The position numbers were made by a program, and so were the translations under genes. Below the pieces are notes generated by a model. The model searched no databases, was not told the origin of the DNA, and saw nothing but the letters and a program-made list of their open reading frames with translations. Below are positions 62,521 through 64,000 of a stretch of DNA of 64,000 nt, piece after piece (position 1 is the first letter of the stretch; each line of letters opens with the position of its first letter). Source of the DNA: Marsupella aquatica (lineage: Eukaryota; Plantae; Marchantiophyta). The stretch covers positions 4,238,510 through 4,302,509 of the forward strand of contig OZ316892.1 in assembly GCA_973895155.1 (NCBI GenBank), read 5' to 3'.

Positions 62521-63441
62521 ATGGCCTTGCGAGATGAGGAGCAAGCGAGCAAGACTCACCAGGCAGAGCAGGGGGCACATTTCAGAGGGGTGAGGAAGAG
62601 GCCGTGGGGCAGGTTTGCTGCCGAGATTCGCGATCCATGGAAGAAGACTAGAGTTTGGTTGGGGACTTTTGATACAGCGGAGGAGGCCGCAAGAGCGTAT
62701 GATTCCGCTGCGCGGGCACTGAGAGGCGCCAAGGCCAAGACGAACTTCGTCACTCCATGCGACGATCAGAGCACCAGTCAAAGCTCCACCGTCGAGTCTT
62801 GGAGCAGTCCGAAGAACCTTCAGAGGCCTGCCCCCTCCGATTCATGGCGGATCGATCTGAACGTCTCCTTCAACGATTATGTGACACCAGTGGAGGATCC
62901 GAGCAGTAGAGCTGCAGCGAAGACCATCAGCGGGGCTCGATCTTGTCGGAGCCCTTCGGAGAACGTTGCGTGTGCTGTGTCGGGGAAACGACCTTCGACT
63001 CTTCTCTTTGAAGATGTAAGCGCCGGCGGCGATAAGCGTGCCAAAGTTGGCAAGAAGTTTGCCTCTACAGTCCCAGATAGAAGAGGGGTCGACGGAAGGG
63101 AATGGTCGGCGAAAGGAGTCGTCCAACAAGGTTTGGAGACCCGCGCCTGCCATAGCGACTGCGACTCCTCTTCGTCTGTAATTTTGGATACGGAGGCGCC
63201 CTGTGTGCCTGATGCGAAGCCGGCATCATCCACGCGATCGGGCCCCCTCCTCGACCTGAACATGCCACCTTCGGCCGAGTACTATTCGAACGATAGTGAG
63301 CCTTCTTGTGAGTATGCCGAAGAGAAAGGGTTGACCCTTCCTCCTTCTTCGGCCAGGAACGTAGAGTTTGAGAACAAAAAGGCCCCCGCGCCAGCCCTCT
63401 TGTTCGGTTGGAATGCGTTGCCATTGTGCAGTCGGGCCTGA
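62521..63441 (+). CDS. AP2/ERF transcription factor, group VIII (ERF4-like EAR repressor), intronless, 306 aa
   Basis: [77 protein letters not shown] and EAR motif LDLNMPP, plus an upstream IDLN. Confidence 0.92.
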   Translation: MALRDEEQASKTHQAEQGAHFRGVRKRPWGRFAAEIRDPWKKTRVWLGTFDTAEEAARAYDSAARALRGAKAKTNFVTPCDDQSTSQSSTVESWSSPKNLQRPAPSDSWRIDLNVSFNDYVTPVEDPSSRAAAKTISGARSCRSPSENVACAVSGKRPSTLLFEDVSAGGDKRAKVGKKFASTVPDRRGVDGREWSAKGVVQQGLETRACHSDCDSSSSVILDTEAPCVPDAKPASSTRSGPLLDLNMPPSAEYYSNDSEPSCEYAEEKGLTLPPSSARNVEFENKKAPAPALLFGWNALPLCSRA

Positions 63442-64000
63442 GCTCGAGTTTGTAGAAGGATAAAGTCGTAGATGTAGGACAAGGATTTTAGTTTCAGTTG
63501 AGATACGCAGAGACCAACCTTAAAAGTCATCCAACCTTCGGCTGTAAGCCAGCCAGCCTGCAAACATCTTATTTTTTTCGTGTATAAGCTTGGTACATTC
63601 ACCAACGGACACTGATTTGTTCATATTGAAAAAAACTTGGGCTACCTGTGATGTCTTTGATTTCACATTCCTAGCAATCAAATCTGGGACCGAGAACTCC
63701 GGCGCCCTTATCAAACTACAATTTCGTCGGTTGTACTTGGATTCGTCTGGTTTGGTCTGGAATTCAGCTGTGATGTTGTGTTCTTTGTGCTTTCTAGTCA
63801 CAGTCGGATGTCAAGCAAAAAAGTGTCTGTGGAAGACTCTGCACTTTCCAACGAGACTCGTCCAATTCGTGTCGGGTTCGATATAGTACGCATCACTTTT
63901 GCTTATCCCATTGCAATTGTTTGAGTCGTTGGGAAGATTGTCAGATCTGCTTCCGAGATCAGTCCAGTTCAATCGTATTGTGATCGAGTCTCCACTACAG

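Overview
Eukaryotic nuclear DNA from a land plant, most likely a non-seed plant such as a mycorrhiza-competent liverwort (inferred from gene content, not proven). Only two intact host genes are supported. One is a 5-exon STR-type half-size ABCG transporter (16533-21377, +). The other is an intronless group VIII AP2/ERF repressor with EAR motifs (62521-63441, +). The rest is transposon-derived, repetitive or non-coding. The first ~12.1 kb is the right part of a large decayed element. Its spliced reading frame can be rebuilt by hand into one multidomain protein: ParB/Srx-like, degenerate amino-MTase-like, acidic/coiled-coil, Ulp1 protease and FCP1/HAD phosphatase. Two more FCP1-like paralogs follow. 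A 20-bp palindrome, T(C/G)ACGCG-N6-CGCGT(C/G)A, recurs seven times in its introns and spacers. A 3.6-kb TG..CA insertion with a target-site duplication and an intact 610-codon antisense ORF splits the FCP1 exon. Also present are a Copia relic, an L1-type LINE relic, three CRE-clade (RT + restriction-like endonuclease) retroelement copies, a highly decayed group II intron-like relic (domain V plus maturase motifs), SINE/MITE-like elements and many tandem duplications. All domain calls are by eye from motifs; no searches were run.
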